Shown here piece by piece: positions 1-7,846 of a stretch of 14,303 nucleotides of DNA; the first letter of the stretch is position 1; the number at the start of each line of letters is the position of its first letter. The DNA is from a bacterium (GTDB lineage Bacteria; Zhuqueibacterota; Zhuqueibacteria; Oceanimicrobiales; Oceanimicrobiaceae). A program made the translations under genes and the position numbers. The stretch spans positions 16,478 to 30,780 of the forward strand of contig JBBIIG010000048.1 in assembly GCA_037446635.1 (NCBI GenBank), written 5' to 3'. Under the pieces are notes generated by a model, which was not told the origin of the DNA, did not search any database, and was given only the letters and a program-made list of their open reading frames with translations.

Positions 1-902
1 GTTTCCGCAACGCCGGTAAATACCTCGACGTTTCTCGCCAGGTCGTGCGCCGCCGCCTCGAAGGCGTAGGTGCTGCCGTTCTCGCCGGTGAAGGTATCGG
101 ACGTCCCCTGGAAATTGGTCTTCCAATTGGTGAACACGCCGTCGTTGACTTTCACGCGCACATCATAAATTCCAGAGAGCCCGGAACCGCCATCGCTGCC
201 GCCGCCCCAACTCACGGTGAAACTGAGATTGGCGCTGATTTCTGGCGAGCTGGCCACTGTGCCCGTGGGCGGCGTATTGTCGAACCGCAGTTGTACCACG
301 CCGTGGTTGCGAAAATCCACGTTGCCGTTGCCGTCGGAAAACCACAGATAAAAATTCTGTCCGTTCTGCTGGGTTGCGGTTACCTGCACGCTGGTCGTCC
401 CGCCGGCCGCCGAGCCGGTAAAATCTGAATTGGCGATGGGCGCGGAGCCTAATTTATAAAATGCTTGGTCGATGCCGCTGGGGTCGCTGGGCGGCTGCCA
501 CTGAATTTGAAATTGCGAAGTATTCTGCCACGGGCTGGGGTTGGCGCCGTTGGCGGTGAGAGTGACCGGCGGGCCAGGGGCTTGCGTATCGTTGGCGTTG
601 AGATCCACCAGCGTGGTGGTTTCGGCGACGCCGGTAAACAATTCCCGGTTGCCCACGCTGTCGTACGCCGCCGCCTCGAAGGCGTAAGCGCCGCCGTCTT
701 CTCCCTGGAATTCCGCCGAGGTGCCCTGAAAATTGTTCAGCCAGTCGGCGAACGGGCCGTTATTGATTTTCACGCGCACATCATAAACGCCGCTGAGCCC
801 GGAGCCGCCGCCGTCGCTGCCGCCGCCCCAACTCACGGTGAAACTGGTGTTGGGGCTGATGGGCGGCGAGCTGGCGCGCGTGCCCGTGGGCGGCGTTTTA
901 TC
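1..902 (-). repeat. Intragenic domain duplication: two copies of about 280 bp (approx. 1-282 and 619-902)
   Basis: Shared blocks such as GCCGCCCCAACTCACGGTGAAACTG and CGCCGCCGCCTCGAAGGCGTA occur twice, about 620 bp apart. Both copies translate to 'D.TPPTGT.ASSP.IS.N.SFTVSWGGGSDGG(G)SGLSG.YDVRVK.N.G.F..W..NFQGTS..F.GE.G..YAFEAAA.D...N.E.FTGVAE'. Confidence 0.9.
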
Positions 903-3038
903 CAAGCGAATAACGGCGTTGGTTCCGGCTTGATTGCCGGCGCTGTCGAAAATCGCCGCCGCCAGCGGGTAGCTGCCGTCATTGGCGGCGCTGATGGAAA
1001 CGTTGGTTTCTGCCACTTGATCCTGGCCGCTGGCAATATTAGAAAGGGTCGTGGTTCCGCCCAGCGCGCCCAAATTGAATTCGGCGCGGTGAGCGTGTGC
1101 TTCATCGTACTGTGCTCCAAAACTAATGGAGGGCGTCGTGGTAGGATTGTACCAGTTCGGCGCGGCGGCCGGATCGGTAATGACCACGCGGTCGATGTTC
1201 GGCGCCGCGGTATCGACGATGAAGCGCCGCGCCGGCGTCGAGTACGCCCCAAAGGCCAGGCCGTCCCAAGCCCGCACCCGCCAAAAATAGACGCCGTCCG
1301 GCAGCGCGGCCGAGATTGTGTAAGTCGTCGAACCCGCGCCTGGCGTCACCGGCGGCGCGGGGTTGAAGCCGGCCACGTTCGTGCGCGAGTCAAAGGTGAA
1401 ATTGGGAGAGGCGAACGTCGGGGCGTCGTCGATTTCCACCGCAAAATGCAGTTGATTGTTGTCGCTGTCGGCGGGAACGTTCCAGCTTAATTGAATTGGA
1501 GTGGTATTGGGATTGAATGCGGCCCGATCGGCCGGCGCGGTTAGGACGGGCGCGCCCGGTGGGCTATTCAACCCCACGCCAAAATTGTTGAAGAAAACCT
1601 GAAACGAATCGCCAATGAAATTCGCCGCCGCCAAATCGACGATGCCGTCGCCGTTGAAATCGCCGGCGTTGAGGCCGCGCGGCTCCGCGCCCAGCGGGTA
1701 GGACTCTTCGAACTGAAAAAAGCCAGCGCCGTTGTTCCGAAAAATCCACAGGTCGTTGGCAAGACGGTTGCTCACCGCAAAATCGAGGTTGCCATCGCCG
1801 TCCCAATCGCCGACGGCAACGGTAACCGGATCGGCGGGATTGACGCCGTCGCCCACTGGATAATGGTTGGGCGGAGAAAACGAGCCGCCGATAGTGAAGG
1901 TGTTTAAAAAGACTGCCACGTTATCCTCGTCGCGATTGGTTACCACCAGATCGATGAAGCCGTCTTTGTTAAAATCGCCGCCGCTAATCGCACGCGGGCC
2001 GATTCCGGAAGGCAACCCCGGGATGGCGGTGAAATTGCCGGCGCCGTCGTTGAGCAAAACCGCCACGGAATCGTTATCCGCGGTGGTGACGGCGATATCG
2101 GCAAAGCCATCGTTGTTGAAATCAGCGATGAACGTCGCTTGCGGACTGGAAGGCAGTGGAAGCGAAATCTCCGCCGCAAACGCCCCGCCGCCGGTATTCA
2201 ACAGCAAAGAAAGGGTGCTGGCGGTGGAATTCGCCGTGACCAGATCCAGCAGCCCGTCGTTGTTCAAATCGCCGCTGGCAATTTGGTTTGGCTCCAAGCC
2301 CACCGGCAAAGTAGCGGTTGAGTTGAAATCGCCGGCCCCATTATTCAACAAAATGGAGACGGTGGCGGCGCCCTCGTTGGCGGCTGCCACATCCAGCGCG
2401 CCGTCCTGGTTCAAATCGGCGAGGGCTAAGCTGCGGGGGCGAAGGCCGACTGCGGTGACATCGGCTGCGGTGAAATTGCCGGCGCCGTCGTTATTCCAGA
2501 TAATCACTTGATGCGGGTTGGCGCTGTAGGGGATGGCCAAATCCAGGCCGGGCGCGCCGTTGAGCTCGCCAACGCCGATGAAATGCGGTCCGTTGCCGGC
2601 GGCGTATGTCGAATCCAAATCGAAGATCGCCGTGGACGGCAGCGAGATAATGTGAAACGACCACTGGAAGCCGGCAATAGCCGCGCCGTTGCTGCCGGTG
2701 ATGTTACTCGTGAGAATGACAGTGACGAGCTCGCCGGCCTGAAACGCCGCCGCCGGGGTGAAGGTGAGCGTTCGCGCGCTGGCGTCGTAACTCACCGCGC
2801 CCGAACGGCGGCCGCTCTGGTCGCCGTAAACCAACACGTTTTCATCGATCACCGTCGCGCTGTTCAGCCCGCTGTCGAAACGGGCGCTGATGGCGACCGT
2901 TGGACTGTTTTGGATGGAGTGGCGCGCCGGCAAAACCTCAACGACCGTGGGCGCATTCTGTGCATAAAGATTCCCCCCAGAGACCGCGCCGAACAAAAGC
3001 GCAAAAATTAGGAAAGTTAAAGAAAAAGATTTTTGCAT
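1..3038 (-). CDS. Large secreted/surface protein, 3'-partial (at least 1012 codons in window): signal peptide, Ig-like (Big_5/SbsA-type) domain, 7 FG-GAP/VCBS repeats, FN3/Ig-like repeats
   Basis: Translated by hand. ATG at 3038 with GAGG RBS upstream; begins MQKSFSLTFLIFALLFGAVSGGNLYAQ (signal-peptide-like). Then 'AISARFDSGLNSATV...SYDASARTLTFTPAAAFQAGELVTV' (Ig-like) and seven repeats: GELNGAPGLDL, ADLNQDGALDV, GDLNNDGLLDL, ADFNNDGFADI, GDFNKDGFIDL, GDWDGDGNLDF, GDFNGDGIVDL. Then 'DGVYFWRVRAWD' (FN3-like). No stop seen before the window edge (...EVFTGVAE). Confidence 0.92.
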   Translation of the reverse strand, partial: MQKSFSLTFLIFALLFGAVSGGNLYAQNAPTVVEVLPARHSIQNSPTVAISARFDSGLNSATVIDENVLVYGDQSGRRSGAVSYDASARTLTFTPAAAFQAGELVTVILTSNITGSNGAAIAGFQWSFHIISLPSTAIFDLDSTYAAGNGPHFIGVGELNGAPGLDLAIPYSANPHQVIIWNNDGAGNFTAADVTAVGLRPRSLALADLNQDGALDVAAANEGAATVSILLNNGAGDFNSTATLPVGLEPNQIASGDLNNDGLLDLVTANSTASTLSLLLNTGGGAFAAEISLPLPSSPQATFIADFNNDGFADIAVTTADNDSVAVLLNDGAGNFTAIPGLPSGIGPRAISGGDFNKDGFIDLVVTNRDEDNVAVFLNTFTIGGSFSPPNHYPVGDGVNPADPVTVAVGDWDGDGNLDFAVSNRLANDLWIFRNNGAGFFQFEESYPLGAEPRGLNAGDFNGDGIVDLAAANFIGDSFQVFFNNFGVGLNSPPGAPVLTAPADRAAFNPNTTPIQLSWNVPADSDNNQLHFAVEIDDAPTFASPNFTFDSRTNVAGFNPAPPVTPGAGSTTYTISAALPDGVYFWRVRAWDGLAFGAYSTPARRFIVDTAAPNIDRVVITDPAAAPNWYNPTTTPSISFGAQYDEAHAHRAEFNLGALGGTTTLSNIASGQDQVAETNVSISAANDGSYPLAAAIFDSAGNQAGTNAVIRLDKTPPTGTRASSPPISPNTSFTVSWGGGSDGGGSGLSGVYDVRVKINNGPFADWLNNFQGTSAEFQGEDGGAYAFEAAAYDSVGNRELFTGVAETTTLVDLNANDTQAPGPPVTLTANGANPSPWQNTSQFQIQWQPPSDPSGIDQAFYKLGSAPIANSDFTGSAAGGTTSVQVTATQQNGQNFYLWFSDGNGNVDFRNHGVVQLRFDNTPPTGTVASSPEISANLSFTVSWGGGSDGGSGLSGIYDVRVKVNDGVFTNWKTNFQGTSDTFTGENGSTYAFEAAAHDLARNVEVFTGVAE

Positions 3039-3213
3039 ATTTTAGCCTCGTCGAAATGCAGTTACAATTCGGGATTCGTCGCTACGAACTTCTGTTTCCG
3101 GAAAGAGCTTTACAGTTGCGAAGAAAAAAGTACGTGCATTGGGGGGATTTGCGGAAGGGTAAGTATCCTTTTTAATTTTTTGAACATATCATGTGGATCA
3201 ACTTGAAACACCT

Positions 3214-4722
3214 TCACTTTTTTGAAGGACTTACGGCGCGATAGGCTTCGCCCACCTGCTGGCATCGGCCTTCCTCCAGCAACTTGATGAGGCCGGCGCG
3301 CAGAGAATGCTGCGCCAACGGCCACACCGCCGGATCGACGTCGTCGTAAACTTTCTTTAGCAAATCGGGGAGGGATTGCGGCTGCGAATTCAACGCCGCC
3401 AAAAGTTTCTGCTCCCGCTCCTGGCGATGCTGGAGATAATAGCGCACCGCCGACCGGCCGTCGCGGGCCGCTGGTCCGTGGCCGGGATAAAGGGCGCCCG
3501 CAGTAACCGACTCCAAAAATTGCAGCGATTTTAAATACGTCGCCAGATGCCCCTCCGGCGGGCTGATGACGATGGTGGAAATGGTGGAGATCAAATCGCC
3601 GGCGATCACGGCGCCGTAGCGCGTCTCCTGAAAGCAGAGGTGGCCGGGCGCGTGCCCGGGAGTGTGATAGATCTTCAGCTTCCAGTTGGGCTGGCCGTCG
3701 GGGGCCGCGCCCAGTTCCAGCTCGTCGCCGTGCTGCATATAGCCGGAGAAATCGAAGTCCGGCAGGTTGGCCGCCGTTTGTTCGTGGGCTAAAATCGGCA
3801 GGCCGTAGCGCCGGCTGCATTCTCGCAGCGCCCCCACGTGATCCGAATGGTGGTGGGTGAGCAAAATCGCCTTCAGCTCGCGGCCTTCCGCGCTCTGCTC
3901 GTCGAGATAATCCCACAGGCGCGCCTGCTCGGTGGGATCGGCGGGTGCCGGATCGATGATGTAAATCTCCGATTCCCCCACCAAATAGCAGTTAGTATGA
4001 GTCGCCGGCGGCAGCGTGCGTGTTTTCAGCGTGATCAACTGAACGCCGGGGGTAAAATAAACCCGATGAATTTTCCCGCGCATGTAGGACTCGGCGATGT
4101 CGTTCACAATCGCGGCACATTTTATCACCGAACGTCCGGCCAGCTCGCGCAGAATCGTGACCACCGGCGGCACGATCAGCAGCTCCCCTCGCCGCCACTG
4201 CGCCAGCGCCTCCTCCGCAGCGATGAAGCGGCCGCTCACCAATTCGCCGGGCCAGATTTCCGGCGTCGCGCCCTCGGGAAGAATCGCCCAATAAAATTGC
4301 GTCTCGTAGCGCACCGGTGAAAATTCCGGAGTGATGATTTTGCAAAGGGGGTGAAAATCAGCCGCGTCCAAAAAGCGGCGCTCGTGATTTAAAATCGCCG
4401 CCAGATCGATTTCTCTTTTTAAAAGCTGTTCACGATAGCTTCGCATTTTGGCTGGAGGGATATGCGATTGGCCGCGGCTCAGCAGCACGCCGCTTTCTTC
4501 AAAAATTTCCCGCGCCGCTGCCAGCAGAAATTGCAGCGCTTCGCGGTCGAAATCTTCGGCGCGGCGAACATCAACGGCCTCGTTCTCCTCATCCAGCACG
4601 CCGCCGGGGAAGGCGTAGTAGCCGCCAAAAAATTTTAAGGAGGGATTGCGCTCCACCAGAAATACTTCGGTGGAATTTGGATCGCGGGTGAGCAAAACGC
4701 TAACGGCTTTTCGGATGGACAT
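3214..4722 (-). CDS. Nudix hydrolase + MBL-fold metallo-hydrolase (LACTB2-like) fusion, about 502 aa
   Basis: N-terminal 'FFGGYYAFPGG...AAAREIFEESG' (Nudix box with insertion, NUDT19-like) and 'ITPEFSPVRYETQFY'. C-terminal 'TNCYLVG...IIDP...THHHSDH...HTPGHAPGH...GD...PGHG' are the MBL metal motifs. The ATG at 4722 (MSIRK) is preferred over the AT-rich extension to 4776. Confidence 0.9.
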   Translation of the reverse strand: MSIRKAVSVLLTRDPNSTEVFLVERNPSLKFFGGYYAFPGGVLDEENEAVDVRRAEDFDREALQFLLAAAREIFEESGVLLSRGQSHIPPAKMRSYREQLLKREIDLAAILNHERRFLDAADFHPLCKIITPEFSPVRYETQFYWAILPEGATPEIWPGELVSGRFIAAEEALAQWRRGELLIVPPVVTILRELAGRSVIKCAAIVNDIAESYMRGKIHRVYFTPGVQLITLKTRTLPPATHTNCYLVGESEIYIIDPAPADPTEQARLWDYLDEQSAEGRELKAILLTHHHSDHVGALRECSRRYGLPILAHEQTAANLPDFDFSGYMQHGDELELGAAPDGQPNWKLKIYHTPGHAPGHLCFQETRYGAVIAGDLISTISTIVISPPEGHLATYLKSLQFLESVTAGALYPGHGPAARDGRSAVRYYLQHRQEREQKLLAALNSQPQSLPDLLKKVYDDVDPAVWPLAQHSLRAGLIKLLEEGRCQQVGEAYRAVSPSKK

Positions 4723-4819
4723 ACTTAACTCGGCTTGAATTCGTGCAAAAGTAAAAAGATTATAGTTGAGAATCAAATTATAATTTTCCGATGGCTTGCT
4801 TTTCGTTGAATTGATTATT

Positions 4820-4834
4820 AATTTGAATCAAATT
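4820..4834. promoter_or_regulatory. Inverted repeat AATTTGA-A-TCAAATT in the divergent AT-rich promoter region; possible operator
   Basis: Perfect 7-bp arms, ending 18 bp upstream of the ATG at 4853. GAATCAAATT also occurs at 4770-4779. Function is inferred only. Confidence 0.3.
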
Positions 4835-4852
4835 TTAGCAAAGGGATTAGCC

Positions 4853-5035
4853 ATGAACGCGATCCAAAGTGTTTTCAAAGAGTTAGGCATCACCGAAAAG
4901 AGCGCTATCCGTGAGTATGCCTTACTCAGCGCCTCTCAAAAACTCGCGGAATTTGATTATCTTGCTTGGAGATTTGCCTTTGAAGGCCGAGCTTACTGGC
5001 AGAAAAAAATTGACCAACTCAGAAAGTACTCATGA
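4853..5035 (+). CDS. Small 60-aa helical hypothetical protein; resembles an internally deleted type II antitoxin-like protein (possible pseudogene)
   Basis: AAGGGA RBS before ATG 4853. MNAIQSVFKELGITEKSAIREYALLSASQKLAEFDYLAWRFAFEGRAYWQKKIDQLRKYS. Lower GC than its neighbours. The family resemblance is from memory only. Confidence 0.55.
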   Translation: MNAIQSVFKELGITEKSAIREYALLSASQKLAEFDYLAWRFAFEGRAYWQKKIDQLRKYS

Positions 5036-5048
5036 AGAGTAAGTGAGA

Positions 5049-6338
5049 ATGACTCGCCCGCAGCCCTTTTCCTCCCGCTTTCACTGGAACCTGCAATCTA
5101 ACCCGCTCAACGATCTTTTGGAAAAAAAACGCCGGCGCGGCGCGGCGGTTCTCGATCTCACCGAATCCAATCTCACCGCCGTGGGTCTCGACTATCCCGA
5201 ACAAGAAATTCTGCAAGCTCTCCACCAGCCGCCGGCGTTGCGCTACCAGCCTCATCCGCGCGGGCTGCTGGTCGCGCGCCAGGCCGTCGCGGATTACTAC
5301 CGCGAACGGCGCGAGGCCGTGGCGGTGGATCAGATTCATCTCACCACCAGCACCAGCGAAGGCTACGGCTTTCTCTTCAAATTACTAACCGATCCCGGCG
5401 ACAACGTCCTCGTCCCGCAGCCCAGTTATCCGCTGTTGGAGTTTCTCGCCGGACTGGAGGCCATCGATCTACGGCCCTATGCGCTGCTCTATCGCGAAAG
5501 CGCCGGCTGGGAGATCGATCTGGATTCGCTGGCCGCAGCAATAAACGCACGGACGCGCGCGATCGTTATCGTCAATCCCAACAATCCCACCGGCTCATTT
5601 GTCAAGCGGGACGAGTTGGCGGCGTTGACGGCTCTGTGCAAACAGCGCCGCCTGGCCTTGATTTTTGATGAAGTTTTTTTTGATTATCCCCTAAATCCCC
5701 CCTCGAGGGGGGACCAAGGGGGGTGTTCCCCCCTTGAGGGGGGACCAAGGGGGGTGTTTCCCTTTGAAGTGGGAACACGATGGCCACAGAGCGGAACGAC
5801 CGTTGCAGAAATCCTGACTTTCGTGCTCAGCGGCATCTCCAAAATCCTCGGCCTGCCGCAAATGAAGTTGGGTTGGATTGCAGTGAACGGCCCGCCGCAG
5901 ATTCGCCAATCGGCGCAGGAGCGTCTCGATCTCATCGCCGACACCTATCTTTCGGTGAGCGCGCCCATTCAACACGCTTTGCCGCAGTGGCTGCAATTGC
6001 GATCTCTGCTTCATCAAAAAATCAGCGACCGGGTTGCGAGTAATTTGCGCTGGCTAATTAAAATTTTAAAAAATGAATCTCGTCTGCAATTATTAAATTT
6101 GGAAGGCGGGTGGTACGCCACGCTCGAGATCCCCAATTTGGATTCCGAAGAACAGTTGGTTTTGTCGCTGCTGGAAAAACAGAATGTGCTGGTTCATCCC
6201 GGTTTCTTTTTTGATTTTCCGCGCGAGGGATTCCTCGTGTTGAGCCTGCTGCCGGCGCCCGGCATGTTCAGAGAAGGCGTGAATCGTCTGTTGGTTCAGT
6301 TGAATGTGCCAGGCGCTTCCAAAGTGCCTGGCACGTAG
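5049..6338 (+). CDS. Pyridoxal-phosphate-dependent aminotransferase, class I/II
   Basis: 'VPQPSYP', 'VNPNNPTG', 'DEVF', 'SGISK..G.PQMKLGW' (PLP lysine), 'VHPG'. Start is ATG 5049 or GTG 5043. Confidence 0.92.
   Translation: MTRPQPFSSRFHWNLQSNPLNDLLEKKRRRGAAVLDLTESNLTAVGLDYPEQEILQALHQPPALRYQPHPRGLLVARQAVADYYRERREAVAVDQIHLTTSTSEGYGFLFKLLTDPGDNVLVPQPSYPLLEFLAGLEAIDLRPYALLYRESAGWEIDLDSLAAAINARTRAIVIVNPNNPTGSFVKRDELAALTALCKQRRLALIFDEVFFDYPLNPPSRGDQGGCSPLEGGPRGVFPFEVGTRWPQSGTTVAEILTFVLSGISKILGLPQMKLGWIAVNGPPQIRQSAQERLDLIADTYLSVSAPIQHALPQWLQLRSLLHQKISDRVASNLRWLIKILKNESRLQLLNLEGGWYATLEIPNLDSEEQLVLSLLEKQNVLVHPGFFFDFPREGFLVLSLLPAPGMFREGVNRLLVQLNVPGASKVPGT
5688..5774. repeat. In-frame intragenic REP-like element: two tandem 31-bp units CCCCCC-TYGA-GGGGGG-ACCAA-GGGGGG-TGTT plus a degenerate third
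   Basis: Unit 1 is 5697-5727 and unit 2 is 5728-5758 (1 mismatch). Degenerate TCCCTTTGAAGTGGGA at 5759-5774. Each unit begins with a C6-N4-G6 hairpin. Confidence 0.9.
6306..6334. repeat. REP-like palindrome GTGCCAGGCGCTT-CCA-AAGTGCCTGGCAC encoding the aminotransferase C-terminus
   Basis: 13-bp arms with one G.T pair and a 3-nt loop. Translated as VPGASKVPGT immediately before the stop codon. No U-tract follows. Confidence 0.8.
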
Positions 6339-6371
6339 TAAGCAAAAATCCGCATTTGAAAGGAAGACCCC

Positions 6372-7781
6372 ATGCCAGAAACCATCGCTCTTTTGTCCGC
6401 CGTTCAACTGCGGCGCCGCATGGCGCGCGGCGATCTCTCCGCCGCGGAGGTGGTGGAAGCCTGTCTCGCCCAAATTGAAAAATACAATCCCGCGCTCAAC
6501 GCCGTGGTCACCCTCAACGAACGGGCGCTGGACGACGCCCGCAAGTTAGACCGCCAGCGCGCGCGCGGCAAACCCCTCGGGCTGCTGCACGGCCTGCCGG
6601 TGGGCATCAAAGACGTGACGCCGGTGGCCGGCCTGCGCACCACCTTCGGCTCGCCGCTGTTTGCCGATTACATTCCCAAAGAAGACGCGCTGGTGGTGCA
6701 GCGCTTGAGAGCGGCGGGCGCGATCATTCTCGGCAAAACCAACTGCCCGGAATTCGCGGCCGGCGGCAACACGTTCAACGAAGTTTTCGGCCGCACCCGC
6801 AACCCCTGGAACCCCAAGCTCAGTGCCGGCGGCTCCACCGGCGGCGGCTCGGTGGGCCTGGCCACCGGCATGATCGCCCTGGCCGAGGGCACCGACCTCG
6901 GCGGCTCCCTGCGCATCCCGGCGTCGTTCTGCGGACTGGTGGGTCTGCGGCCTTCGCCCGGTCTGGTGCCAACTTACCCCGCCGATTATTTGTGGGATCA
7001 ATTTCAGGTCACTGGCGGCGTAGCGCGCACCGCGGAAGACGCGGCGCTGATGCTGCAAGCGATTGCCGGCCCAAGTCCCCTGTGCCCAATTCGCGAACCC
7101 GTTGCCGGGCGCAACTTTGTGAAAGCGGTGAAAGCCGGCATTCCCAAACGGACGCGCATCGCCTTTTGTCGAGATCTCGCCGGCATCGGCATTGAGGGAG
7201 ATATCGAGCGCGCCTGCCGCCGCGCCGCGTTTGAAATGAAACACGCCGGCGCCAAAGTGGAGGAAATCGATCTTGATCTGTCGTTCGTCCGCAAGCCGTT
7301 TTTGGCGTTTCGCGGCTACTGGTTTCTGGCACAACTGCACCGCCACCTCGATAAACTCGATCGGCTCGGGGTGAACGTTTCCAACAACCTCAAAGCCGGC
7401 CTGCAAGTGACGATGGAAGAGCTGGCGCTGGCGGAAGCGGCGCGCACGAAACTCTGGCACATCTTTTATGAATTCTTCCAGAAATACGACTACCTGCTCA
7501 CCCCGTGCATGGCCATCCCGCCGTTTCCGGTAGAGCAGAATTTTCCCGAAACCATTGCCGGCAAAAAGATGGAAACCTACGTGGACTGGATCGCGCCGAC
7601 GTTCGTGCTGAGCCTCACTTCACTGCCCGTGGCCTCCGTCCCCTGCGGACTTGACAGCCGGGGCCTGCCGGTGGGAATGCAAATTGTCGGCAAACCCATG
7701 GGCGAGGAGGCAGTGCTGGCGCTGGCGAAGGTGGTGCAGGAGGCATGTGGAATTGGTTTGCCGGAGCTGGAGAATTTATGA
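6372..7781 (+). CDS. Amidase-signature family amidase
   Basis: 'GLPVGIKD' (catalytic Lys), 'GKTNCPEF', 'TRNPWN...GGSTGG', 'GTDLGGSLRIPASFCG..GLRPS', 'GLPVGMQIVG'. AAGGA RBS upstream. Confidence 0.95.
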   Translation: MPETIALLSAVQLRRRMARGDLSAAEVVEACLAQIEKYNPALNAVVTLNERALDDARKLDRQRARGKPLGLLHGLPVGIKDVTPVAGLRTTFGSPLFADYIPKEDALVVQRLRAAGAIILGKTNCPEFAAGGNTFNEVFGRTRNPWNPKLSAGGSTGGGSVGLATGMIALAEGTDLGGSLRIPASFCGLVGLRPSPGLVPTYPADYLWDQFQVTGGVARTAEDAALMLQAIAGPSPLCPIREPVAGRNFVKAVKAGIPKRTRIAFCRDLAGIGIEGDIERACRRAAFEMKHAGAKVEEIDLDLSFVRKPFLAFRGYWFLAQLHRHLDKLDRLGVNVSNNLKAGLQVTMEELALAEAARTKLWHIFYEFFQKYDYLLTPCMAIPPFPVEQNFPETIAGKKMETYVDWIAPTFVLSLTSLPVASVPCGLDSRGLPVGMQIVGKPMGEEAVLALAKVVQEACGIGLPELENL

Positions 7782-7817
7782 AAAAGCAATAGTGCACTAC
7801 AAAACAGCACAACTCGC

Positions 7818-7846
7818 TTGACGATGCACTCCTTGCCGTTTAGTTT
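7818..7846 (+). promoter_or_regulatory. Sigma70-like promoter match TTGACG-N17-TAGTTT between two convergent genes
   Basis: -35 at 7818-7823, -10 at 7841-7846, 17-bp spacer. No convincing sense CDS downstream. Confidence 0.35.

Noticed and set aside
45..3011. Long plus-strand ORFs (45-428, 465-1490, 1867-2511, 2508-3011)
   Set aside because: They are antisense shadows of the large minus-strand FG-GAP protein and show no recognisable motifs of their own.
3039..3213. Riboswitch or terminator in the leader of the large secreted gene
   Set aside because: Only a short hairpin (TTCGT-AGCG-ACGAA on minus) is present; no recognisable aptamer or strong hairpin with a U-tract.
5697..5774. 31-bp repeats as a CRISPR array
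   Set aside because: The units abut with no spacers, lie inside a CDS, and there are no cas genes in the window.
6826..6846. GGSTGG instead of GGSSGG as a sign of an inactive amidase
   Set aside because: The first Ser (cis-Ser of the triad), the Lys in IKD and the nucleophilic Ser in GGSLR are all retained.
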